DNA of 48,927 nucleotides, from IMG/VR virus record IMGVR_UViG_3300045809_000027, one strand, 5' to 3'. This document shows, in pieces, positions 41,467-48,927 of this stretch; the first letter of the stretch is position 1; each line of letters starts with the position of its first letter. This DNA is from a virus. The notes under the pieces are model-generated. The model was not told the DNA's origin. It was given only the letters and a program-made list of their open reading frames with translations, and made no database searches. Made by a program: the position numbers and the translations under genes.

Positions 41467-41958
41467 TCACACCCACACTTTCTCGACTGTACCATTAAAG
41501 AATATTGTCAGCGCTTCTGCTTTAGATTCATCGGTGAATCTATAAGCCCTTTTCTCCCCTCCCAAGAGCGGTTCCATTTCTTCGTTGAATCTGGTAAAAT
41601 ACATCCCGCTTTGATGTTTTAGTACCCACTTCGGTTCTTCCTCAACCTCGTCTGGAATATGAAGTTCAGTAAAATGTGTCTTATACTTTGGAAAATCGTC
41701 ATCTAGTGGTGTGCCGCAATATGGTGGTTCTTCGACTGGGAAATCCCACCAGAGAACAGGACCAATGTCTTCGTGCCATTTTCCGGCCAAATGAGCAATC
41801 ACTTTCGTCGGTTCGTCTAGTTGATTAACAATTCCGATAATGTCATCGGAGGCATCATTGTATCCTTCCTTATAATCCGATCTGTCCAGTGACGTCCACG
41901 GTTTTGAAAAATCATATTTTTCTTTATTAATTTCTTTGATTAAATCTTGTTTTTCCAT
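41467..41958 (-). CDS. Early protein, unknown function
   Basis: 163-aa ORF in the operon. Confidence 0.5.
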   Translation of the reverse strand: MEKQDLIKEINKEKYDFSKPWTSLDRSDYKEGYNDASDDIIGIVNQLDEPTKVIAHLAGKWHEDIGPVLWWDFPVEEPPYCGTPLDDDFPKYKTHFTELHIPDEVEEEPKWVLKHQSGMYFTRFNEEMEPLLGGEKRAYRFTDESKAEALTIFFNGTVEKVWV

Positions 41959-41990
41959 TTCATCCCTCTTTTCTTACTTGATAGGCTGAG

Positions 41991-42746
41991 TTAATTAACC
42001 TTTAATTCATTACGAACCTGATTGAAAATATCCTTAATCAGACTGAATGGGATATTTGAACGAGCGTTATATGCTCCGCCCTTCCGGTCCAACCTCTTGA
42101 CTCCTAGCTCATTTGGTATATTGGCTTTTCTCAAGCCTAAATCGATATTACTTTTAAACTTAGTCGCTTTCTTTGCTGGGTAGCCGTAATTGTTGTAGTA
42201 AGTCAAATTGTCGAATGGAATACTAAAACCCAGAACTTTTTCGATGTATTCCCACATCCTGCTGCTGGTTGGATTCTCAATAATATAAATCTGAGGATCG
42301 TACCGCTTAATAATCTGTATCGTGTTGAAGGTGCATAGCTCGCCGTTTATTCTATTCAACAAAGATTTCTCCGGCTTATATTGATACCGATCATAGTCTC
42401 TATAATCCCTGATAGTAAAACGTGACAACGGAGTTTGAGACTCAAACAACCCGTCTCCTTTTTCCTGTTTCCATGAAGCATTACCATCTTTCATTGCGCT
42501 AGCTACACTCCAGCTCTCACAAGGAGGACTCGCAATGATCAAATCTGGGTCTGGTAACTGATCTAATGTTTCAAACAATCCATTTTGTCCAAACAGATGG
42601 GAGTAATCAGCTAGATTTAAACTAATGAAATGGTCATGCTTACCTTCTATATCTAATCCGACACTGTACAATTCTATATATGGAAACTCTTTTGCTGCTT
42701 GGGCATAGCAACCATTTCCGCTATCAAACAACGCCCATACTATCAA
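41991..42746 (-). CDS. Compact DNA (cytosine-5) methyltransferase
   Basis: Motif I LFDSGNG, motif IV ASPPCESWS, motif VI IIENP, motif X-like RSNIPFSLIKDI. TTG start 7 nt after GGAGGG. At 251 aa it implies a very short target-recognition domain. Confidence 0.75.
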   Translation of the reverse strand: MIVWALFDSGNGCYAQAAKEFPYIELYSVGLDIEGKHDHFISLNLADYSHLFGQNGLFETLDQLPDPDLIIASPPCESWSVASAMKDGNASWKQEKGDGLFESQTPLSRFTIRDYRDYDRYQYKPEKSLLNRINGELCTFNTIQIIKRYDPQIYIIENPTSSRMWEYIEKVLGFSIPFDNLTYYNNYGYPAKKATKFKSNIDLGLRKANIPNELGVKRLDRKGGAYNARSNIPFSLIKDIFNQVRNELKVN

Positions 42747-42779
42747 TTGCTATCCCTCCTTTAAAATGAAGATTTATGA

Positions 42780-42788
42780 TGATATACT
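42780..42788 (+). promoter_or_regulatory. Extended -10 promoter (TGATATACT) for the plus-strand small gene
   Basis: TGnTATACT lies 39 nt upstream of the ATG at 42827. Confidence 0.5.
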
Positions 42789-42826
42789 CATTTGTAAATA
42801 CTATGACTGAAAGGAGTGTCTCAATA

Positions 42827-43012
42827 ATGAGCACAAATAATGAAACCACTCAGCCACAACAATCTCATCTGTACAAGCAAGAACATATAAAGGGAACTGG
42901 TACAGGAGATTACGAATGTATCCGTTGTGGACACGTTACCTCAAATAAAGACCTAGACACCACTAAATGTGAGCCAAAAGATGATAAGGAAAACCACATG
43001 TCTGACTATTGA
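42827..43012 (+). CDS. Opposite-strand 61-aa protein with CxxC-H...C motif
   Basis: AAAGGAG RBS lies 8 nt before the ATG at 42827. Contains YECIRCGH...TKCEP. Has its own promoter and terminator and is embedded antisense in the early operon. Confidence 0.6.
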   Translation: MSTNNETTQPQQSHLYKQEHIKGTGTGDYECIRCGHVTSNKDLDTTKCEPKDDKENHMSDY

Positions 43013-43032
43013 TTGCTCAATAGTCTTTTTTT
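43004..43032 (+). terminator. Intrinsic terminator
   Basis: GACTATTGA-TTGC-TCAATAGTC (9 bp) plus T7. Confidence 0.85.
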
Positions 43033-43056
43033 ACTTAATTGGTGTGGTTACCGGAA

Positions 43057-43212
43057 CTATTCGTCCATTTCATTAATAATTTTTACAACTTCTGACTTAG
43101 CGGATTTACTTAATCTGTAAAAAATAATCTGATTTCTGTTTCTAAATTTCATGTTTGCATATTCTCTTCCAAGCGCTATGCCTAAAATGAATAGAATAAT
43201 GGTCCATGTCAT
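43057..43212 (-). CDS. 51-aa single-TM peptide (not in the ORF track)
   Basis: GGAGGACGGCGA then ATG. MTWTIILFILGIALGREYANMKFRNRNQIIFYRLSKSAKSEVVKIINEMDE. Confidence 0.5.
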   Translation of the reverse strand: MTWTIILFILGIALGREYANMKFRNRNQIIFYRLSKSAKSEVVKIINEMDE

Positions 43213-43223
43213 TCGCCGTCCTC

Positions 43224-43460
43224 CTAATCACTCAAACTCTCACTAATCATTTTTTCTAATTCCATCATAATTTCATGTGGCAAATTCACTTCTACATCGA
43301 TACCTTTATCAAAGCAATTCATTCGTAATAGATAGGTGACATCTTCGTCGCTAACTTCCTTAACTATTCCAAGTTTGTATAAATTGCAGTTGTTCACTAC
43401 GACGTTTTTTTGTAAGTCGTGCAAACTAGTTTTGTTTTCGTATCTCACTTCATAGCTCAT
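43224..43460 (-). CDS. Early protein, unknown function
   Basis: ORF in the operon with an AGGAGG RBS. Confidence 0.5.
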   Translation of the reverse strand: MSYEVRYENKTSLHDLQKNVVVNNCNLYKLGIVKEVSDEDVTYLLRMNCFDKGIDVEVNLPHEIMMELEKMISESLSD

Positions 43461-43496
43461 GATTTAAATCCTCCTTGATTGTTGTCGTTAGCAGAA

Positions 43497-43739
43497 CTAG
43501 CCTGCATCATAAACTAAATCAACATTTTTAAACCTATTCCACATAATCGGAACTTTTGACGTGTCAATTTCTGTATTGAAATTAAATTTTGGTCTAAAAT
43601 CCCCGTCTCCATCACAGTGGAATCCAATCATTCGTGAGCCTCCGATACTTCCGTAATACTCCATATGTTCTAACATTGAAATAAAATAAGTTAGCCATCT
43701 TTCTTCCATTTCGACATCGATAGTTATCTTTTTTCTCAT
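43497..43739 (-). CDS. Early protein, unknown function
   Basis: ORF in the operon. Confidence 0.5.
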   Translation of the reverse strand: MRKKITIDVEMEERWLTYFISMLEHMEYYGSIGGSRMIGFHCDGDGDFRPKFNFNTEIDTSKVPIMWNRFKNVDLVYDAG

Positions 43740-43773
43740 TCATTCCACCTCGTTTCCTCTTCTATGTCTTCCG

Positions 43774-44241
43774 TTACATGAACTGCACACAGCCATCTTC
43801 ACTTGCTAATTCAAATGCTTTTTTAAAGTTCAAATACGTTTCCATGTCATAGTCATCCAACTGCTCTCTAGCGATTTTTTCTAAATCTTTAAAATCTTTA
43901 GCCAATTTTTTTGATACAACGGGACCGATAAATCCTTCGCAGTCGGAGAACATTATTAACTCGAATAATTGTGAGTTCGACGCCATTTTTTCCAATTTTT
44001 CTCTGAAACGGTTGTAATGCGAGTAAGCTCCTGCACTAAAACTAAATGAATCGTCAGAAGAATACACACCAGTGACTAGACCTTGTGTCCGTCCTTTAAA
44101 GTGCTCTTCTGTATAGTCTAGTGTCGGTTGATTGATTTCTACTAGTTTATCCCAATCTACTAAACAACCATCCTCATCTCTTTTTGGATTATCAACTTTC
44201 ATCATTTTTTTATAAGCTTCTACATCTAAACCCATTATCAT
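43774..44241 (-). CDS. Early protein, unknown function
   Basis: ORF in the operon. The start may be the third codon (ATG at 44235). Confidence 0.5.
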   Translation of the reverse strand: MIMGLDVEAYKKMMKVDNPKRDEDGCLVDWDKLVEINQPTLDYTEEHFKGRTQGLVTGVYSSDDSFSFSAGAYSHYNRFREKLEKMASNSQLFELIMFSDCEGFIGPVVSKKLAKDFKDLEKIAREQLDDYDMETYLNFKKAFELASEDGCVQFM

Positions 44242-44313
44242 TCCTTCTTTCTTTTTCTCTGCTAATGCCCCATGTAAGTGAGCTTTGTTCCCTGAATTTC
44301 TCCAATAGCGTAT

Positions 44314-44559
44314 CTATTTATTTGAAATAAAAAAACTTTCTGCCTGTTCATCGTCACCGTACTTTTCCGCCATCATAACTTCAATTTCATTCTTGTAAAC
44401 AGACATCACTCTATTGATTCCCCAAAGAGGATGACTCTCGCGCCATTTTTTATACTCTTGCGTTTTCTCAAGTTCTTGAATAAGTTGATGTTCTATATCA
44501 TCCAATTCGTCCTTTTGGGTTTGCCATTTTTCAGCTAGTACTCTTTTTTCTTGTTTCAT
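44314..44559 (-). CDS. Early protein, unknown function
   Basis: ORF in the operon. Confidence 0.45.
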   Translation of the reverse strand: MKQEKRVLAEKWQTQKDELDDIEHQLIQELEKTQEYKKWRESHPLWGINRVMSVYKNEIEVMMAEKYGDDEQAESFFISNK

Positions 44560-44599
44560 ATCAAATCTCCTTCCCTATGCAAATGCTCCAGTTAGCGGA

Positions 44600-44797
44600 C
44601 TATCCAATAAATTTCTCTTTCTTATATCCAACTTCGATCAGAAACTCTTCTCGCTGATTCAACGCTGTTCGATAACTCGTTTTCGATTCAATACTCTTAG
44701 CTATTTGTTGTGCTTTATCAATGCTGGTATAGCAGAACAGTTTTCTATCTTCGTCTGCTACGATTGCTGCAATCTTATCGTGATATATGCGATACAT
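44600..44797 (-). CDS. Early protein, unknown function
   Basis: ORF in the operon. Confidence 0.45.
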   Translation of the reverse strand: MYRIYHDKIAAIVADEDRKLFCYTSIDKAQQIAKSIESKTSYRTALNQREEFLIEVGYKKEKFIG

Positions 44798-44832
44798 AGA
44801 ATCACCTCGAATTTAGTTTGATGCCATAACTC

Positions 44833-45015
44833 TCATTTTTTCATTAGCTTTTTTGTATTGCTATTCCACTCAAATAGTTCACAGGTTCTTAAATCTACGA
44901 CAACAGCTACCCCGTCTGCAATTGCAGAATAATGCCGATTGTCCCATTGACGATATTTTTTAACTTCGCAATATCCATAACGCTGAATCAGCTCTTTAAT
45001 CCTCTTTTTTTGCAC
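44833..45015 (-). CDS. Early protein, unknown function
   Basis: ORF in the operon. Confidence 0.4.
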   Translation of the reverse strand: MQKKRIKELIQRYGYCEVKKYRQWDNRHYSAIADGVAVVVDLRTCELFEWNSNTKKLMKK

Positions 45016-45427
45016 TAACTATAAACGCCTCTTTTCTCTTGTTTGCTGGCATGTTGAACGGATAGTGAATAAAGCCATATCGTGTCTTCTTAGCCAGTTC
45101 AATTACTATGCCTAACTCTTTAGCTATCATCTTTGCTTTAAGCTTGAAATCCTTCGTTTCCACGCCTTTAACGTCAACCAGTCGAATAAGTTCACCTTTG
45201 TCATAAAAAGCATAGTCAGCGACGTATTGAGTCTTTCTAATGGCCCATTGATTAAGTTTTAACGTCGGCAAAATATCTAGACGATCTTGAAGTTTAAGCT
45301 CATATCCGTGATCCTTGGCATAAGCGACAGCGATTGGATAATAATCAGCCTCAGCAATCGAATCAAACCAGCGTCCATTACGATATACTTTCTTATTGCC
45401 ATATTTCGATCTTGAGCGATATTTCAT
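44996..45427 (-). CDS. DUF1064-family protein (PD-(D/E)XK-like, putative junction-resolving nuclease)
   Basis: SKYGNKKVYRNGRWFDSIAEADYY...YVADYAFYDKGELIRLVDVKG matches the DUF1064 pattern. Confidence 0.65.
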   Translation of the reverse strand: MKYRSRSKYGNKKVYRNGRWFDSIAEADYYPIAVAYAKDHGYELKLQDRLDILPTLKLNQWAIRKTQYVADYAFYDKGELIRLVDVKGVETKDFKLKAKMIAKELGIVIELAKKTRYGFIHYPFNMPANKRKEAFIVSAKKED

Positions 45428-45687
45428 GCAGGCACCTCAGCATTCAATCGACTAGTGAGAAATGTGAGATAGTAATCGGCATTTAATTTGCTGTAATCTA
45501 CTTGTTTAGTGACGTATCGAAGAATATAGCAAGTGATCATTAGGCAGAAGCGGTGTTCAATTTCTTCGTGAGAACAATCAATTCGAACCATCTTTCTTAA
45601 ACGTTCATAGTACGAACGTAATAATTCTTTCTCATCCTCGTTACTCGCTGTTTCGCCTAATTTGCTAATGATCTCAAGAAATCGCAT
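45424..45687 (-). CDS. Early protein, unknown function
   Basis: ORF coupled to its neighbours by overlaps. Confidence 0.45.
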   Translation of the reverse strand: MRFLEIISKLGETASNEDEKELLRSYYERLRKMVRIDCSHEEIEHRFCLMITCYILRYVTKQVDYSKLNADYYLTFLTSRLNAEVPA

Positions 45688-46552
45688 GTTCCATCCCCCG
45701 CTTCTTAATTTCTTCGGTCAGTATTCCCAATTCTTGCTCTGTGACACTATACTTTTCTGCAAAATAATCTAGCGAAGGGTGTCCACCCATCTTTTCAGCC
45801 CACCAATAGTCAAATAGTTTTTTAGGCGTCCATTTGCTTTTAGAATTACGAGCTGAATTATTTTTGTTATAGTGTCCATCCAAAAAGTGTTGGACCTTTT
45901 CTAACGAATCTAGACCTTGTGATTCCCATGATTTAAGAATTTTCTCAAGGTATTTATAGCTACGAGCATTGTTCTTTAGCATCTCATCAATAGCAGCGAT
46001 CACGATCGCATCATCACCAAAGTCATTGACCCAATGGCCTAAAGACTGAACGATGAATGGCGCTTCTGCTGGGTTCACTTGATTGAGCCAATAACGTACA
46101 GCGCTCTCTTCTGAATTTTTAGTAATACTAGATTCAGAAGCATTATTACTTTGTTTAGTTTTGTTTTGTTTAGTCTTGTTTATATAAGCTGAAGTATCTA
46201 CTGAAGAAACTACTGAACTATTTACTGAAGTATCTACTGAACAATCTACTGTAGTCTTTACTGTAAAATTTCCAGTTATATCAGATAAGATATAAATTCC
46301 AGCTTTTGTTCTACCACGCTTTTTATATTGAAGGAGCCCGTTTTGGATTAACTGATTCCTATTATTAATCAATGTTTTCTCAGACGTTTTAGTCATTGAT
46401 TGTAGCCTTGTATTTGAAATAGATAACTCCTTCTGCCAACCGCTCAGGTTTGCTACTCGCATAAGCTTGTACCAAAGCAACTGTGCCCCAGGCCCGATGT
46501 CATTAAACTCATTCAAATTTTCGAAAGCGTTAATCTGTCTGATGTAGTCCAA
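45674..46552 (-). CDS. Replisome organizer / DnaD-domain replication initiation protein
   Basis: N-terminal phage replisome-organizer-like winged helix. C-terminal DnaD-like region (IAAIDEMLKNNARSYKYLEKILKSWESQG). Confidence 0.75.
   Translation of the reverse strand: MDYIRQINAFENLNEFNDIGPGAQLLWYKLMRVANLSGWQKELSISNTRLQSMTKTSEKTLINNRNQLIQNGLLQYKKRGRTKAGIYILSDITGNFTVKTTVDCSVDTSVNSSVVSSVDTSAYINKTKQNKTKQSNNASESSITKNSEESAVRYWLNQVNPAEAPFIVQSLGHWVNDFGDDAIVIAAIDEMLKNNARSYKYLEKILKSWESQGLDSLEKVQHFLDGHYNKNNSARNSKSKWTPKKLFDYWWAEKMGGHPSLDYFAEKYSVTEQELGILTEEIKKRGMEHAIS
46151..46270. repeat. Iteron cluster (candidate origin) inside the replisome-organizer gene
   Basis: GAAGTATCTACTGAA at 46191-46205 and 46227-46241. 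Additional TACTGAA/TACTGTA units. TTGTTTAGT repeats at 46151-46180. Confidence 0.6.
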
Positions 46553-46567
46553 AATCGTTACTCCTTT

Positions 46568-47374
46568 CTATAGATCATTCATATTGATGAAACCAGTGAT
46601 TCGTTTGTGACCTCTGCAGTAATCGCATTGACCACATTGAATAGGTTCTTCTTGTCCCATCTTCACTCGATGGATATGATCAATGTTTTCTTCTAATCTC
46701 GATAGTTCTGATTGCATTTTTGATTCATCTAAAGTAATTAGACCAACATCACTAGGTGTCTGCTTACTGACTGCTGCAATGAATGGAACGAATTGTTTAT
46801 TGTATTGTTGCTCTAGCAACTCTCGATAGACAGCCATTTGAAGCGCATATCCGTAACGTTCAATGAAGTTAGCTCTAGGGCCCCAATAAAGGTCATACTT
46901 CTTTTCATGTATATCTTTTGTTGTCTTGATATCAACAAAGTAACCATCATTTAGATTTAAACAATCAATCTTGCCTTTCCATTCGATTCCAAATAATTCA
47001 CCAGTCACAATGACTTCCTTATCTCCTTGATAAATCTGATTGAATGCGGGTTCCTGTTTTAGTCGATCAATCATTTGTTCTGCGATTTGAAAGTCTTTTA
47101 AAAGTCCGAATGGGTTGCGACTGGAGAACATTTTTTCTTTGTTTTCTTCTTTAAATGCTTCGTGTGCTGCTGATGATTCAAAATAAGAATGAACATAGTT
47201 TCCAACTAACAAAGGTTTCTTGTCATGATCAGGCTCCCATTCCCCTTTTAATTCTGCTAATGCCGCAACTTCACAATTTAAAAAGTTTTTATATTGGCTG
47301 ACTGACATATAATGCCAATCAGCCTCATTTGAATAGTAGTTTTCATCAGAAAGGATATCCGTCTCCATCTTCAT
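46568..47374 (-). CDS. PD-(D/E)XK exonuclease with C-terminal Cys cluster (RecE/Cas4-like partner of RecT)
   Basis: GKIDCLNLNDGYFVDIKTTKD is a D...(D/E)xK motif. QCGQCDYCRGH is the Cys cluster. GAGGAAGTGG RBS before the ATG at 47374. Overlaps the recT stop. Confidence 0.7.
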   Translation of the reverse strand: MKMETDILSDENYYSNEADWHYMSVSQYKNFLNCEVAALAELKGEWEPDHDKKPLLVGNYVHSYFESSAAHEAFKEENKEKMFSSRNPFGLLKDFQIAEQMIDRLKQEPAFNQIYQGDKEVIVTGELFGIEWKGKIDCLNLNDGYFVDIKTTKDIHEKKYDLYWGPRANFIERYGYALQMAVYRELLEQQYNKQFVPFIAAVSKQTPSDVGLITLDESKMQSELSRLEENIDHIHRVKMGQEEPIQCGQCDYCRGHKRITGFINMNDL

Positions 47375-48143
47375 CAATTGGAGCCACTTCCTCTCTATCG
47401 AAATTAATTGCATTTGGATCTTTATAGTTAAGGTCTAATGATTCTTGCTCAGGTTCATTTTCTAGCTCGACTACATCAGCTTCTCTAGGACCATTCACAG
47501 CATTGCTAAAGAATTTATTTTCTAGTTCCTGTGTTTTTTCAGGTTCAGGCGTTACTTGTTTAGCATTTGTTTGTTGCAGTTTTACGTTTTGGTCATCTTC
47601 TGTATACATAGCTCCCAAAGCTTCTGGAAAGGCTTCTCTTAATGCGTTAACGATTGCTGTTTTTCTAATCATTGTGTTTGGCATGTTCTTCCAAGTAGCT
47701 TGTCCTTTAGAAAATTCTTCCAATGCTACTTGAGAGACAATAGGCATCGTTCTATCTTTTCTATAAACCTTAGCCCAGCCGCCGATTAACACATCTTTAG
47801 GCAATTTAATCGCTCCAGCCAATTCCTTAATGTCCTCACCACGTTGGACAACGATTCCTGCTTCAAATCCATCATATTGAGGATGACTTTCTGCTCGTTT
47901 CATAAAAGCTTCTTTTGAAACAATAATTTGTGCAGGTTGTGTTCCGAACTTGACTAAATATGCTTCATTCAAGAATGGATTTAGCTTTTGATACTTAGCC
48001 AATTGTAGAAACATTACTAACTCTTGGTCCGTCACATTCCCATTTCCAGAAACAAGATATTGTTTAACCATGTTTCCGGTAAGTTTTACTTCTTCACCGT
48101 TTACTTCATATTCAATCGGTTTTTCTAGAATTTCATTACTCAC
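47346..48143 (-). CDS. recT: RecT/Bet-family single-strand annealing recombinase
   Basis: LNPFLNEAYLVKFG..AQIIVSKEAFMKRAE...WKNMPNTMIRKTAIVNALREAFPE are family motifs. Confidence 0.8.
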   Translation of the reverse strand: MSNEILEKPIEYEVNGEEVKLTGNMVKQYLVSGNGNVTDQELVMFLQLAKYQKLNPFLNEAYLVKFGTQPAQIIVSKEAFMKRAESHPQYDGFEAGIVVQRGEDIKELAGAIKLPKDVLIGGWAKVYRKDRTMPIVSQVALEEFSKGQATWKNMPNTMIRKTAIVNALREAFPEALGAMYTEDDQNVKLQQTNAKQVTPEPEKTQELENKFFSNAVNGPREADVVELENEPEQESLDLNYKDPNAINFDREEVAPIDEDGDGYPF

Positions 48144-48483
48144 GATCCAACACTCCTTCTAGTTTCTTCTGTAGGTATTCTCTGCCTTCAATAGCAAAGC
48201 TGTAATCTTGATACACAATGCCGATATCATCGATCAATTCCACGTAATTATCGATCACTACGTATTTAGCAAAAGTGACTTTTACTATTCTGTCTTGTGT
48301 GATTTGTCTTTTCGAAAAAACTACTTTCATAACTAAATCACTGTCATAAACCTGAGTGCCATAATCATCGAACATATAATCATATTCAGTATTGATATTG
48401 CTTTGACTAACGTTTGTAAAAATATGGCTCTTTGTATCTGCCATTGCACGATCGTAATTAAACATTGTTATTTCCCCCTTCAT
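48136..48483 (-). CDS. Early protein, unknown function
   Basis: ORF upstream of recT. The likely start is the ATG at 48465, after AAGGGGGA. Confidence 0.5.
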   Translation of the reverse strand: MKGEITMFNYDRAMADTKSHIFTNVSQSNINTEYDYMFDDYGTQVYDSDLVMKVVFSKRQITQDRIVKVTFAKYVVIDNYVELIDDIGIVYQDYSFAIEGREYLQKKLEGVLDRE

Positions 48484-48538
48484 TTGTTAAAATGAGGTCA
48501 AATAGATTAACCTTTTGCGACTTACTTTTGCTGTCAGG

Positions 48539-48739
48539 CTAGTAAGTCTCTTTTTTTGTGCGTTGTTCGTATTCTTTCTCGTCGTAGATCATAGTAGTTG
48601 GGATTAAAACGCTTGCTGCTGCTATGCAAATGATCATTACTAAAACTTTTAACGATTGGATCGAGCTGAGTTTCAGCATCAGTACTAGTCCAGCAACAAA
48701 GGCTATTCCAAATCCACGAATAATTTTTATTTTCTTCAT
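48539..48739 (-). CDS. 66-aa two-TM membrane protein
   Basis: IIRGFGIAFVAGLVLMLKL and VLVMIICIAAASVLIPTTMI are hydrophobic segments. GGAGG RBS. Confidence 0.55.
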   Translation of the reverse strand: MKKIKIIRGFGIAFVAGLVLMLKLSSIQSLKVLVMIICIAAASVLIPTTMIYDEKEYEQRTKKETY

Positions 48740-48750
48740 GCTTGCGCCTC

Positions 48751-48927
48751 CTACTGGCCCAACTCGTTTACTTTTTGTTGGCTCAAATTTGCTAACTCCG
48801 CCATGCGTGCGTCTTTTTGTGCTGAATCATTTTGAGCGTTAGATAGTTCATTACGCAGCTTATCCGCCTCTTGCTGTTTCTGCGTGACTTCCTGTTGCTT
48901 AGATTCGACTTCACGTTGTTTGGCTTC
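48751..48927 (-). CDS. C-terminal part of the junction-spanning coiled-coil protein (48801-48927 duplicates 1-127)
   Basis: Stop TAG at 48751-48753. In frame with 1-412 across the circular junction. Confidence 0.6.
   Translation of the reverse strand, partial: EAKQREVESKQQEVTQKQQEADKLRNELSNAQNDSAQKDARMAELANLSQQKVNELGQ
48801..48927. repeat. Terminal direct repeat, copy 2
   Basis: Identical to 1-127. Confidence 0.95.

Overview
The window is a complete, circularly closed genome of a temperate siphovirus-type phage (or excised prophage) from a low-GC Gram-positive host. Bases 1-127 are identical to 48801-48927, so the unique length is 48,800 bp and one gene spans the junction.

Layout:
- Genetic switch at 1703-1854, with eight GTTAAC boxes and face-to-face promoters.
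- Rightward (+) lysogeny operon running from an S24/LexA-like CI repressor (1855) to a tyrosine integrase (9583-10734). It carries an unusually long cargo of about 7 kb.
- An att-proximal two-gene cassette (11141-12352), followed by a 475-bp non-coding stretch holding a chimeric tRNA-like fragment and a candidate sRNA.
- Everything else is on the minus strand: lysis cassette (12829-14316), tail and baseplate (14354-29178), head and packaging (29442-39145), late activator ArpU (39540-39956), and the early/replication/recombination operon (40151-48739, wrapping to 1-1696).

The lysogeny cargo consists of an HsdR_N-like PD-(D/E)XK protein, a glycine-zipper protein, a lipoprotein, a membrane-anchored EndA-like nuclease, a 50-aa ORF flanked by diverged copies of a tRNA T-arm-like element, an ABC-ATPase fused to a Toprim-like domain, and a D12-class adenine methyltransferase.

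Most interesting candidates:
- The AT-rich ATPase-Toprim plus Dam-like methyltransferase pair, preceded by a tRNA acceptor/T-arm minihelix.
- The att-proximal cassette, which shares a LexA-box-like 14-mer with the int promoter.
- A self-promoted membrane/coiled-coil moron inserted inside the head-morphogenesis operon.
- Two promoter-plus-terminator-defined small RNA candidates, one antisense to the leader of the late activator gene.

All functional calls come from reading motifs by eye. No database search was run.
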